Source of the DNA: Asterias rubens
Lineage: Eukaryota
Direction of reading: 5' to 3'
DNA: 64,000 bases
NCBI RefSeq assembly: GCF_902459465.1
Contig: NC_047065.1
Span: forward strand, 16,864,001-16,928,000
The notes beneath the pieces were generated by a model, which saw only the letters and a list, made by a program, of their open reading frames with translations, did not search any database and had not been told where the DNA came from. Position 1 is the first letter of the stretch; each line of letters starts with the position of its first letter. Below are positions 10,576-23,079 of this stretch, piece after piece. The position numbers and the translations under genes were made by a program.

Positions 10576-13500
10576 TGACTGCTTGTCTTGATGTATCATG
10601 ACAAACACCTTGTACATTAACATAAGTAGTCAGCGTAACTCTTCTTTTGTCATTCTTGGTACTCACTGCGAACCTGCTCAGACACTTTTACGCACTATAA
10701 AAATATTTGTAAATACTATCAACGCAATGCTATAAGAATTACAGTAAAATTGTTGACATAACAGCATTGGGGACTACACAATTAAAGGACTCGTTTTTGG
10801 TGAATTATATGTGATGGGATCTAAGCGATTGTCATCCTCATTCAATTGTTTGTTTATTTTTGCTGTCCTTACTTTTAATTGTTTTGTACAGTTGTCGCAA
10901 CGCTTTCCAGACCTGGTTAGGGACTGTTCTGTGATTTTTTACGTTTTGCTTTTCTAAGTCTTTTGCCCTGTTACTTTATATTAGGGGTTTGTGTCATTGT
11001 GCAATTTAATGTTTTCTGCGTTGTATAGTCGAATGATATTTTACTATCTTTTTATTGTATTAACTGTCAAATTGTAAATTTAAGACAGCAATTCAGTTTT
11101 TACTGCCAGTGTCTTTTTTTTTTATATTGTTGAATAAATAAACCATTAATAGTAATAATATATTTATCATAATATATCGTAATCGATTGCAATTATGGCC
11201 CTTTTGAAATCACGGCCTGGGCTGTAGCTAGCTTAGACCCACTGAGTCATTTTAAGAACGCGTGCTTTCGGTAAAACAAAGCACACGCCGTCTGAATGCA
11301 TACAGGAGCCTATTACATAGAGCTGCTTAAGCAACAAAATTGCTTAAGCACGAAAATAGCTCGCTTATTTTACACATGTTACTGGCCAAAATTTCATGCC
11401 ATTTATACATTGCTTGTGACTGGTATTTAGCTGTTGTTTACTTAGCATAACAATTGAGTGGAGTCTTGGCTGGTAATCTGATTTTACTAAGCAAGGATTT
11501 TTTTGCTTAAGCAAAATTTTGTGCTTAAGCAGCTCTATGAAATTGGGCCCTGGTTTCCGTCATTATTTTGCACAGTAATGGAAAAGCGCAATCTTCTTTT
11601 CTATATAATTCTTCTTTTCTATGAAGTTTTGTTTTTCTTTTGACTAAAGGTTAAACGTTCTGCGCATTTCAGAACGATAAGTCAGCACTATCATTCATTC
11701 TTCGGTTGTTGCTGCTGTGAAAATATTAAATTTAGACTTCATGACATTTTACAGGCAACAAATTACGATGGTCAACTAAGTTTGATTCCGAAATCACTTC
11801 TTGTTATGCTTTATGTAATCTTTGAAGACATTTACGTATAGATAAACCTATAGGCCTCTACTCTATAAAAGGGAAAAAAACTTCAGACGCGATATTGAAT
11901 AACGAATACTAACTATAGCATTCGTACGTTTGGTTCCGAAAAATACAGATAGGACCTAGGTGTTATTAATGCAGTGTGATACCAGATTTCTCTTTCTGAT
12001 TAAAACGTGTTGATAATTAATGATTAAATGATTCCCATTTTGTACATCAACTTTAATATTGTATGTATGTAGTGATACAGGTTTCGCATTGAATAAACAA
12101 AATATTTACTTTTAAAACTATGACAAATGATTGTTCTCACGCGTCCTATAGTTACAAAAATTAGTCATTAAACATGTCAATCCAGTCCCCTACATTCCAA
12201 TAATTTCCGTGCAAAAAAACAATACCTCAGCATGATTGGATTGATTAACCATTGTCAACAGTTTAACACCACTAATATGGTAGAATGTGAAACAAAGGTG
12301 CAGAGGCAGGCAATTTAGGACTGTCACAATTTTGAAAGCTTACCTGTTATGAAGGTGTACTCGGCAGCGTTAACATTTAGTGAGATTGGGGAATTTGGTT
12401 TTATTTAATTCTGTTATGAAATTTCACACTAGCAATTTTAAAGGGGTGTTTTATCAAAATAGTTCTTTCAGAAAATTCATATGAACCTGCTTTTTTTTTT
12501 TTTTTTTTGCATGCGGTTGAGGGATTTTTGCGGAGGCACCAACCCCTTTTAAGTTGATTATGTTTTATTTAGTAAATACTTAGAGAAATTAGAGGAATTC
12601 CATACGGTTAAGACGAATAATCGAATCAGTTGTTATCAACCCTGGATGTGTTATTCAAATATGGGTTATGGGAGGCCGCCTTCCGAAAAACGGGAAAAGA
12701 CACGCCACTAACATCTCCTCTGCACTACGAGTTGACTTGTTGGAAGATTTCGGATCATATGATACCCCTGTTTAACTGGTACCAAAGTCAACTCGAGCAA
12801 AGTCATACAAAATAATTATAGGCTGAGATGGAGGAAAAAACGAAGAAAGCAAGTTGAGAATCTATCTATATACATGTACTAATGCAAGTCACGTGTCTGT
12901 TTGTGTTAGAAAAACTCCCAGGTGCCTCTTCAGATCGGGCTGCAGATTTTCTTACGGCATTTTTTAGGTCCGACTCCGGTGATCAAACAAATAGGTTTTT
13001 TTTTTTTTTTTTTTTTTTTTTTCGTATTTCAAATTTTGATTTATTTCACGTCCTTTTTTGAAAGAGGATGAACGAATTCAAGGTATGAAAGCCCAGCTTA
13101 CAATAGATGCACAAAGAACGCTCTATAATCACGTCCGCAAAGAGCATGCGCCTCGAAGTCAGGCCAGGTTTGCTACATGCTAGGTTTGCTGTAGCGTGGT
13201 GTAACGGGTTTGAAGGGGGTAAGTGGAGGGACGCAATACAAATAACTGTGGCAAGCAACCCATCTTACATTAAGACGAATCTGAGTGCTTTTTAAATCGA
13301 TGTTTTTGTCCCGTATACTATTGCCGAAGAAAGGGAATCATTCTAAACACATCAGAGATAGAGCAACAGCACTGTACTGGAGCGGTCCAAAACAGTGGCA
13401 AAAGTAGTTTGACAATAAAAACAACAGTCCAATAAAAAGCCCCAGTCCAACTTCACAAAATGCAGTGTACATGTAATTTATACAATACAGACAGAAAATA

Positions 13501-13845
13501 AGTGTTATCAGTAATGTTGAATCAAACGTTTTCTCTTTACGATAGAGTAATTTTTGTTGAGACGAGTGTTGCGCACTTATCCTTATATCTTTCAAATTCG
13601 CACACGTAACCATCAGGTTTATAGAACAATAGTAATATGATTAGGCTACAACTAAATACTTCTACTAAATTTCAACAGGTCAGATGATCCACTTTTTTCA
13701 ATAAAAACAGCATTGTTAGGTTTGAAAATTACATCATCATCAGAATTTGTTTTTTGCGGACTTCCAAATTCCATACAACCAACACCGCCCCCTCCATTTT
13801 ATTTTTTATTTTTATTATTTTAATTAAATCAAATTCACACTGGAA

Positions 13846-14205
13846 TTAAAGCCATTGGACCCTTTCGGTACAGAAAAAAAAAGTTCACAGATTTACAAAT
13901 AACTTACACGGTTTACAGAAGGTAGTGGTGAAAGACTGCTCTTGAAATAATATTCCATGAAATGCTTTACTTTTTGAGAAAACAGTAAAACAATATCAAT
14001 TCTCGTTAACGAGAATTACGGATTTATTTTAAACACATGTCATGACACGGCGAAACGCGCGGATACAAGGGTGGGTTTTCCCGTTATTTTCTCCCGACCG
14101 ATTAAGCCCAAATTTTCACAGGTTTGTTATTTGATATGGAAGTTGTTATACACGAAGTGTGGGCCTTGGACAATACTGTTTACCGAAAGGGTCCAATGGC
14201 TTTAA
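13846..14205. mobile_element. Kolobok/T2-like MITE family B (TTAA|AGCCATTGGAC...GTCCAATGGCT|TTAA); second copy at 26832-27200
   Basis: Terminal inverted repeats flanked by TTAA; two related copies in the window. Confidence 0.7.
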
Positions 14206-14479
14206 AAGACCACAAGTTTGAAAGGTAAAGTACAGGAGCTCCAGTTAAAACCGGAAGATTCTCGGGCTTGGCCATTAAACCAAGCCTCAAATTACTAATC
14301 CATTAATGTGCTGTTTATAAAAAGACATGTATTTTAGGGCAGAAATTAAGGGGAAAGATCGTCCAAAACGCAATTTCACGACCTTTACTTCGCATGTGGG
14401 CCAAGCTGCTACTTTAAGCCAATCACACGCCCAATTCTAACCCTAACGCGCCAAGTGTACTTTTGTTCATATTTTGTTC

Positions 14480-14680
14480 ATGTTCAAATGCAGTCACTAT
14501 ACATCGAGACATGCAGTCACGATACATCGAGACATGCAGTCACGTATCATCGAGACATGCAGTCACGATACATCGAGACATGCAGTCACGTATCATCGAG
14601 ACACAGTCACGATACATCGAGACATGCAGTCACGATACATCGAGACATGCAGTCACGTATCATCGAGACACGCAGTCACA
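14480..14680. repeat. 23-bp minisatellite, inverted, downstream of the minus-strand lectin
   Basis: GACATGCAGTCACGATACATCGA tandem units. Confidence 0.95.
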
Positions 14681-14940
14681 ATCCTCGAAAATCCACAGAA
14701 TACAGAGAGTAATCAGAGTCAAGGGACTCGTCATGGTGTTTTTCAGTTCAGTGAAATGTGATTTTGCTCGTTGTGAGAAAAAGTGGCATTTCTCGTCTTC
14801 CTTGATGTCTCCTTCAGCAGCCGTATCACGACGTTGTGTTGTTGAGCTGGCACACCACAATCCCTCCACCTTGCTCCAGCAGATTGAAAGAACAACGTCA
14901 GGGTGTGATTTGGCGATCCCTCCTGCATGACTCGAGACAC

Positions 14941-15504
14941 TTACTGAGAACTAAGGCGACCATCATCACCGGTGTACAGGCAGAATAATGGAGTGTTGGT
15001 GACGGGGACAGGGAGCTCACAGACTGCGTAGTTTTCCCTGTAGCAAGGTTGATCATCCCATTTACCGCCACGGTCACCCCACATTGCTGCACAATACAAA
15101 TAGATGGAATCCGGTTGTCCTGCTGCCCAGTTCTTGTAAGACCCGCTTGTATTACTCAGCAGACCATCCCAATGTCCCTTCGCTTTGATTAAACCAATCC
15201 AGAGATTTGGAGTTGTGGTGTCCTCAATCTTTTGCAGAAAGAATTCCCAAATAAACTCCTGTGCCGATTGTGAGTTTGGGATACCAAGCGTTGCTCCATA
15301 CTCGGTACAAAGACTCTTTGCGTTGTTCCAAGTCATCTTCTCCGTTATGATGAAGTAACATGACGCTCCGTCTTTGCGCCAATCAGGAGGGCAGTTTCCA
15401 TGCTGGCAGTTCTTTTGCTGGCAGATACCTGCCAGAATACTACCACAACCGAGAATCAGAAGCAGACTTGAAACTTTAAAGATATTCATTTTTGGATTCA
15501 GCAA
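14941..15504 (-). CDS. Secreted C-type lectin paralogue, QPD motif (ORF 187 aa; the homologous start MNIFK is 5 codons in)
   Basis: Same signal peptide and CTLD motifs as 7906 (CPPDW, WNNAKSLC, LWIG, NWAAGQPD, GKWDDQPC, AVCE). Confidence 0.92.
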   Translation of the reverse strand: MLNPKMNIFKVSSLLLILGCGSILAGICQQKNCQHGNCPPDWRKDGASCYFIITEKMTWNNAKSLCTEYGATLGIPNSQSAQEFIWEFFLQKIEDTTTPNLWIGLIKAKGHWDGLLSNTSGSYKNWAAGQPDSIYLYCAAMWGDRGGKWDDQPCYRENYAVCELPVPVTNTPLFCLYTGDDGRLSSQ

Positions 15505-16441
15505 AAGTGAACTGGCTCGATGTCTGAAGGCAAAGGGGGTAGGGCCGGCCAGTGATGTATCACGGTAGGCAGCTCAGTGAGAATTGTACCGATGGCCCAA
15601 AACGGCTTCCGTTATCAACTCCTCTGGTCACTTCCACGCTAACAATGACGTCCACACTGACGACAGTGCCTCTTTAATTGCAATCAGTTCGCTTGTGTTA
15701 TGATATTATTGTTAATTATATCTTAATTGTACATCCATCAATCAGACATCATTGTGAGGGCATTGTTCCCTTTTGATTGGCGTTTTGATTTGTTACCGCA
15801 AAATCCAGGTTACACATGAGCATCAGCGGTACCTACGTTGACTAGGTATACTATTTCGCTCGCCCGTATGCAAGTAAACTGATTTTTTTTTCTTCACACT
15901 CATGACATAAATAAGCCAAGTCTTAATTATAAGTGACAGTTGCTTCGAGTTTACTTCGAGAAGCGTTTTGAGAGATGCATTCGGCCCTTTGAACCAATTC
16001 GTGATGTTTTATTAACTGCTCGTAGGGTTCAGAGATTCCTGTGTACACTCAGTATTGATCAATATATGATATATAAATAGAAGACAACAACAAAACAAAA
16101 GTCAAGTACCAGTTTCCCCTTTCAATATTTATTTGTACGCATGAGATAGAGTATCAATAGTATTAAAAACATTGTCTCGTAGCGATTCGCTGGTCGCTTT
16201 ATATTACTATTTAAAGCTAAACTACTTTAATCGAACTACAATGGGCGATGGTTCACATCTTAGCATGGGCTTCATCTTAGCATGGGGTCCACAACGTCAC
16301 GGAGGAGCTGCCAGCTAAGATCCTTCTAAGAAATAAATATCATCTTACCAATATACATTCATTTCAAAGGCAACAAATCATACTGTTTAATTAACCCGTA
16401 AGTTTTCATTGTAGCGCCCCCTCCGTGTGTTAAAATCAAGT

Positions 16442-16829
16442 TTAAAGGCAGTGGACACTATTGGTAATTGTCAAAATCCAGTCTTCTCATTTTGTGTATC
16501 TCAACATGTACATAAAATAACAAACTTGTCAAAAATTGAGCTCGATTGGTCGTCGGAGTTGCGAGATAACTATGAATTAAAAAGAACACCCTTTTCACAC
16601 GAAGTGGGACAACAAAGTTGTATTGCTTGATTTCGAGACCTCAAGTTCTAAACTTAAGGTCTCGAAATCAAATTCGTGGAAAATTACTTCTTTCTCGAAA
16701 GCTACATCACTTCAGATGGAGCCGTTTCTCACAAGGTTATATACTATCAACCTCTCCCTATTACTTGTAACCAATTAAGGTTTTATGCTTATAATTATTT
16801 TGAGTAAATACCAATGTCCACTGCCTTTA
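16442..16829. mobile_element. Kolobok/T2-like MITE family A (TTAA|AGGCAGTGGACAC...); other copies at about 18862-19250, 21178-21495, 25947-26310, 43500-43849, 50276-50654 and 62132-62651
   Basis: At least seven dispersed ~350-500 bp copies with inverted termini and TTAA flanks. RR termini plus TTAA are characteristic of Kolobok/T2 MITEs. Confidence 0.75.
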
Positions 16830-17019
16830 TATACATACACATTTGTACATTTTAAATGTGGCCAACATTACGTTTCGGGAATGCAGAACGTTCTTTAGAC
16901 TAATCTTAATATTACACAAGCCATCTTGTTGCATGTCTCAGTCGCCATATGTACCAACAACACACCTAGTTTATTATAGTCTTTTACTGGAAAAATGGGA
17001 GTTTTTGAATGGTTTTCAC

Positions 17020-17266
17020 CAAAGATTATAGAGCGCCGCAAGGCGCAAGATGCGGAACTGAAGCTTTATCTATTGTTGGAATGTGAAATACGCATGGGCG
17101 CCATTTCAGCAAGTGAATGTTTTGTTTCCCATTGATAGGAATGGTCATTGTCTGCACTGATCTACTGTTGTATCAAAAGAGTTACTTGCCGAAATGGCGT
17201 CCAGTGGGATATCACATTTCAGCCCGAGTTCCGCATCTTGCGCCTTGCGGCGCTCTATAATCTTTG
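17020..17266. mobile_element. MITE with perfect 40-bp TIRs and an 8-bp TSD (P- or hAT-type)
   Basis: TIR CAAAGATTATAGAGCGCCGCAAGGCGCAAGATGCGGAACT at both ends; GTTTTCAC duplicated at 17012-17019 and 17267-17274. Confidence 0.85.
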
Positions 17267-18447
17267 GTTTTCACTCACTGGTCATCATGACAGACGGCAT
17301 GCTGGGCCGGTGTCAAATGCAATTGAGTCTGTCATGCAATACTGTCCGCTCCGGACACTTTTGCGTATTTAATCGTGTCCGGGGCTATGCAAAAACCGTC
17401 CGGTGGATGTACATGACTCCATGTATGTGCGCGCGTAAGCGAGCATGCATGCACTAAACACACGTATATGCAGCATGAATATTCAGGTATTTTATGAATA
17501 CCAAACTGCCGAACATTTCCCATGTCATTCATGCCATGCACTTAGCAGCTTGTAGAAAAATGGCCAACGTGTTCCGTCGGCGACCAAGGGCGTTTAATTT
17601 ACTGCAAGGACGATTTTGCACGGGGGCGGACACAAATGCATATGCAAAAGTGTCCGGGCGGACATAATTGCATTATGCAGCGGACAGTCCTCCGAATAGT
17701 ATTGCATAGAGGACATAATTGCATGCGACACGGGCTCCAAGCCGCCCCAAGCCTCTAATCACTATACCATTCCTGCTGACGTGGTATATTTTCTTCCTTT
17801 TATTGCATGACCTATGTACAAGGTCCGTAAAGTTGTGTAGTCGAAAATGTGTTACTACAGTGGCGGATTGTGTTAGTTTATGAAGTAAAAGGAAAACCAC
17901 ATAAAAATTATTTTGAGAGACATTTGTTTGAATCATTATACATGTATTCTATTGTTTTGTAAACAATAATTCATCTCAAAATAAACCCTTTTACAACCCA
18001 AAGCTCCAATCCGAAGGTAATGTCACCACAATTTATGATTCGTCCTCCAGAAAGAATAGGTTCACTTTATGTGTAGTGTTTCACATTATTATATATAATA
18101 TCAAAGTCTCATATAGCGCACGTATCTACCAAACAAGGTACTCAAGGGGCCCGAGTATAAACAAACTTATATGACCCGACTTTGATGTCAAGAGAGGCTC
18201 ACCCCAACGATGGCTTGTTGCTAACTGCACCACAACGGTCAACCTTTACCAGACACTATGTAATAAAGCCCCAGCATTTCTAATACCTTTGCGCTTAATA
18301 TAAGCGCTTTGATACACCCATAGATGCAATATAAAAACTTTTTTTAAGATTATTATATTAATATTTTCACACTAACACATGAATGAGCCATACAACATCT
18401 GGAGACATTTTTGAAATAATAAACTGAAATTAAAAACGAACAATTTA

Positions 18448-21400
18448 TCATCTTCTCTGCATTTTGCGTTCCATTTTCTTTTGTTTCTTATCGTCGACCT
18501 CCGCAGCAGGAGCAAAAAACCACGGAGCAAGAATAGTTGTCCAGAGAAGGTAAAAAGCTCGGCCTGGAATAACCAGCCAGAGGAGCCAAAAGTAGTCTGT
18601 CATGATACTTAGCACTTGGATGACTGCCGTAACGAGTAGAATATCTTTCACATGCCTGTATGTAAATGTATAGTTTAAAAAAAAAAGTTGTCAATCACCT
18701 ACATGTAATCATTGTAAGTGCACCACTTAAAATTATCTCAGCACACTGAACACACTGACAATTAAAAGCTTTTAAAACATTAAACAGTTGAACAATAAAA
18801 AAGTAAAACATTATATTAAAAACACGACTACCATAATTACAACAAAACAAATACCATATAATTAAGGGCAGTGGACACTATTGGTAATTACTCAAAATAA
18901 TTATTAAAAACTAACATAAGACCTTTCTTGATGACAAGTGATGGGGAGGGGTTGATGGTATAACAAATTTTGAGAAACGGCACCCTCTGAAGTTCCATAG
19001 TTTTCAAGAAAGAAGAAATTTTCCACGAATTTGATTTTGAGACCTCAAAATCCATCATCTAAACGCACACAACTTCCTGTGACAACTTCCTATGACAAGG
19101 GTGTTTTTTCATTCATTATTATCTCGCAAGTTCGATAACCGACTGAGCTCTAGTTTTCACAGGTTTGTTACTTTATGCATCTTTATGTTGAGATACACCA
19201 ACTGTGAAGGCTAGATTTTGACAATTACCAATAGTGTCCAGTGTCTTTAAATGATTCTATAGCTGTGGGCTGCATGAGTATTTGATGGAAGATCATCCCA
19301 TACCATGGGAGCAACACCACAAAAAGCATGATTACCATATCATTGGAACAACAATGGAATATTGGAACAACAATCCTTTAAACTCTAAAAAATAGCTTCA
19401 ATATTGTAGAATCAACATTGAGACAAACTAAACACCACAATAAACAGTTAACTTGGGAACGGCTTTAGAACAGAAGTATTTATGTCCTTCAAAACGAGGT
19501 CTCTTTTACATGCATTACACAACACCTGGGACCGATGGCTTTACGTCCCATCCTAAGGATGAGGCAATAGCGGTTAAGGGACTTGCACAAGGACATAAGT
19601 ATCATGACCCAGACTCGAACCCACACTCTGCTGATCAGAACACCGTAACTTAATTGGTGCACTAAAGATCGCTTGGCTATAGACCTTTCTTTTGTTGATA
19701 AACAAACCGCCTTGGTTGGCATGGTCGGCCGAATGTTAGTAAATCACTAAATCGTAAAAACAGATGTTTTAACAAAATTCAACATTTTCTGCAAACTTTC
19801 AGTTAAATAAAATACCTCTCATAATTAGTTGTTTTGTTTTAAACAAAATCAACAAATTTGGTTACATTGTTACCAAAAATAGCGATCTTTTCTTGATTGC
19901 ACTTAAGGCTTTCCATAGTTTTCCAATCTGGGTTGGCAAAAACTCGGGCTGTGACGTTGCAAAAGAAAGGTCTATTACCTACAAATCTAGGTCTGAAGTG
20001 CGTTTTAGCGGCCATAACCAAAACTGTTTCAGTTGAACTTGCCAATGGTTGATCACTGGCCATAGGCTGAAACAGCTATTGGTTACAGCCGTGAAAACAC
20101 ACCCCAGGGGTTGGTTAGGAGAAAGGTAAAGATTGAAACTCACTCAGCCATGCCATTCTCCATGTTTAGGTCTACACCTCCGTCCACTACTGAGCCTGTT
20201 GATGAGTATTTAGCCTTGGCCATGAAGGCCATAAACTGGTAACAGCCGAAGTACACAGAAGATGCAAATATCAACAACAGCTGCGGTAAGGGAAAACAAA
20301 AAAATGTAAACAACAAACAAGACATTATAAGACAGCATTGTTAAAACTTTTCAGGTAGTTTGGAAAGAATCGAGATGTCTAAAACTTTAATCCATTAAAA
20401 CAGCAGCCCAACATTTTTTAGGCCGGCACCCAGATGGCACTATGTGTGTTCTCAACTGCTTTGACCTCTCCTACTGAATACTGTGTCAGATTTTACATGA
20501 CAAAAACACCAACATTCCGAAATGAGAGTTGCAAATTTTGGGACTCTGATCAAATACAAGAAGAAAACATTAAGACGACAATAACTTTGGAGAGCTGAAG
20601 GTAGGAATTTATATTCCTCTTAAAACAGTCTAGATTGTAGGATGGAGGTAAACACGCACCAGGCATGAAGTTCTAAAAAGATTCAGTAGGCCCTACCTAC
20701 TAAAGCTGTGGATGGCTCTTTGTACTACATTTAGCAAAGTAAGCTGTATGGGTCAGAACAAGAGTAGAAAGCCTGGTTTCATGCTCACACACCCCAATAT
20801 AGGAGGAACAAGGTCCGATTCTAAGGAGCAATTCCAAAAATCATTCAACTCTTTGAACGAGAAGTTGAGGGTAATTTTACAGTGGCTTTATGATTATTAT
20901 CACAGAATTACCACAAATAAAACTGTTTGTCAAAATTATACTCACCCAGTGTAGCCACGTAAAGGATTCTAGCCACCATAGAAGACGAACGACGACATAC
21001 GCAGCACTTGCCCCAAACATGATGTTACGGTAATAGATCAGCGTTTGTTTGTTCTCCTCTGCAATCTGTTTCTGACCTTTCGTTGCTACTTTACCCTTAG
21101 GCTGTAACGAGAAAGAAAAAAACAAAAACAAAAAAAATTTAAAAAAAGAGAGAGAAAAAGTTTGTCACTTTACTTGGTTAAAGGCAGTGGACACTATTGG
21201 TAATTACTCAAAATAATTATTGGCATAAAACCTTACAGTTACTTGGAAACGAGTAATGGGGAGAGACTGATGGTATAAAACATTGTGAGAAACAGCTCCC
21301 TCTGAAGTGACCTAGTTTTGGAGAAAGAAGTAATTTTTCACGAATTTGATTTTGAGACCTCAAGTTTAGAACTTGAGGTCTCGAAATCAAGCATCACAAA

Positions 21401-22374
21401 GCAGCCAACTTCGTGTGACAAGGGTGTTTTTTCTTTCATAGCCGTCTCGCAACTCCGACGACCGATCGAGCTCAAATTTTCACAGGTTTGTTATTTTAAT
21501 AGGCAAGTACGCCGAAAGACAACATGGCGAATATTACCATTCGTAAGTTCGGGGTAAAAAAACACCTTTTTTACAGTTAAAAATACTATTTTGTCAACAG
21601 TTTGAAAGTGATTTAGATGCAATGACTCTTTTGCACATATTAAATGGTTGAATTATGTTCAAATGTTCTGTTAAAGTGCATTTAAAAATTGTTGTCATGA
21701 GTTGTCGTGAGGGGTCGTGAGTTGTCGGTATTTAGTGCGACCGGTCCATCCATGTCATGGTCGTAGGTAGCCCCACTTGACTTGTGTGGCCAAGGGCAAG
21801 GCTAGCTGAATCCTTAGGATTCAGCTAGCCTTGGCCACACAAGTGGGGCTAGGTCGTCTCGTAGAGGAGGGTCGTAGAACGTCGGGAGGGTTGTATACTC
21901 ATAGAGTGTCAACAAGACAAGGGTTACAATTATTTACAAAATACAATAAAAAAAAATTAAAAAGTTGTTGAGGCCAGTGCCAGTGGGACATGTGGGACAG
22001 AGCGAGCTAGTGACCCATAGAAGCTCAATCCATAGATGATGCGCTTAGGATAGGAAAGGAAAAGTAAAAAATATAATAATATATAGTCTAGACTTACCAA
22101 CGAGATATCCCTTTTGTAAAAACGAGTTAAAAGGTGGTGGTGCAAACGGAAAGTTATCCGTAGGAAGCACAAACATTTATTTAACATTTCTTCACGAAAC
22201 TGGTGCAGCACTACACCCCACTATGCAGTGCATGCCATATGCATGCACACTGACCTGTCACATATCACAATATATATCATACAAACCGCACGATAAACAA
22301 ACCTTTAATTTCATTATGTATCAGTTATCAGGTACATCATCAATTACATGACAATTCTAGATACTCACCGCCAT
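18448..22374 (-). CDS. TMEM208: Transmembrane protein 208 (SND2 homologue), 4 coding exons
   Basis: Exons 22369-22374 (MA), 20946-21101 (PKGKVATKGQKQIAEENKQTL...), 20144-20280 (...DGGVDLNMENGMAE) and 18448-18655 (HVKDILLVTAVIQVLS...PGRAFYLLW...KKQKKMERKMQRR). All GT-AG and in frame; match human TMEM208 as recalled. Confidence 0.95.
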
Positions 22375-22607
22375 GATATTTGTAGTTCTCTACAAGATAA
22401 AAACTGTGCTGGTACTGCTGGTAGCAGAACTTCGTTCGCGTGTTTGATTTTTTTTTAAGTCGTCTGATACTGAAATTTACGGAGCGCCCTCTACTTTGCT
22501 CGATAATGGAAAAAGCCTGCCGACCCCATCGATCGCAGGAAAGCACTAAATACTAAGAGAATAATATACCCGAGCGAGAATGACCTTATGGCGTCATTTT
22601 GCATATG

Positions 22608-22940
22608 CTTGCATCTTTTAGACATGAAAATATTAACAACCAAGTCCCGGTGGTTAGTCCACTCTTATGTAACAACTCCCCAAACCTGCTGCTACAAATG
22701 TACTTGAATAAAGAGGTCTGAAGCAGTACTTGCATCTTTTAGACATGAAAATATTAACAACCAGGTCCTAGTGGTTAGTCCACTCTTATGTAACAACTCC
22801 CCAAACCTGCTGCTACAATTGTACTTTAATATAGAGGGTCTGAAGCAGTATACTTGCATCTTTTAGACATGAAATCATTAACAACCAGGTCCTGGTGGTT
22901 AGTCCACTCTTATAGTGTAACAACTCCCCAAACCTGCTGC
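22608..22940. repeat. ~120-bp tandem repeat, about 2.7 copies, just upstream of the TMEM208 start
   Basis: CTTGCATCTTTTAGACATGAAA...GGTTAGTCCACTCTTAT...CCCCAAACCTGCTGC recurs at about 22608, 22728 and 22853. Confidence 0.9.
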
Positions 22941-23079
22941 GTTGGGGATCGTCGCGAACCGTGCCGGAATGTTCCGAGAGCACACGAAAAGTTCCGAACC
23001 GCTGTAGAGGTTAGTTTTTAGTGCCTTCCTCGATGGCAAATCACTCAAAACCGATTCATTCTTTCAAATTTATTCATCA

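Noticed and set aside
7906-15504. Lectins as orthologues of human CLEC18 genes on 16q22
   Set aside because: They lack the CAP/EGF architecture of CLEC18 and look like a lineage-specific expansion; linkage is probably coincidental.
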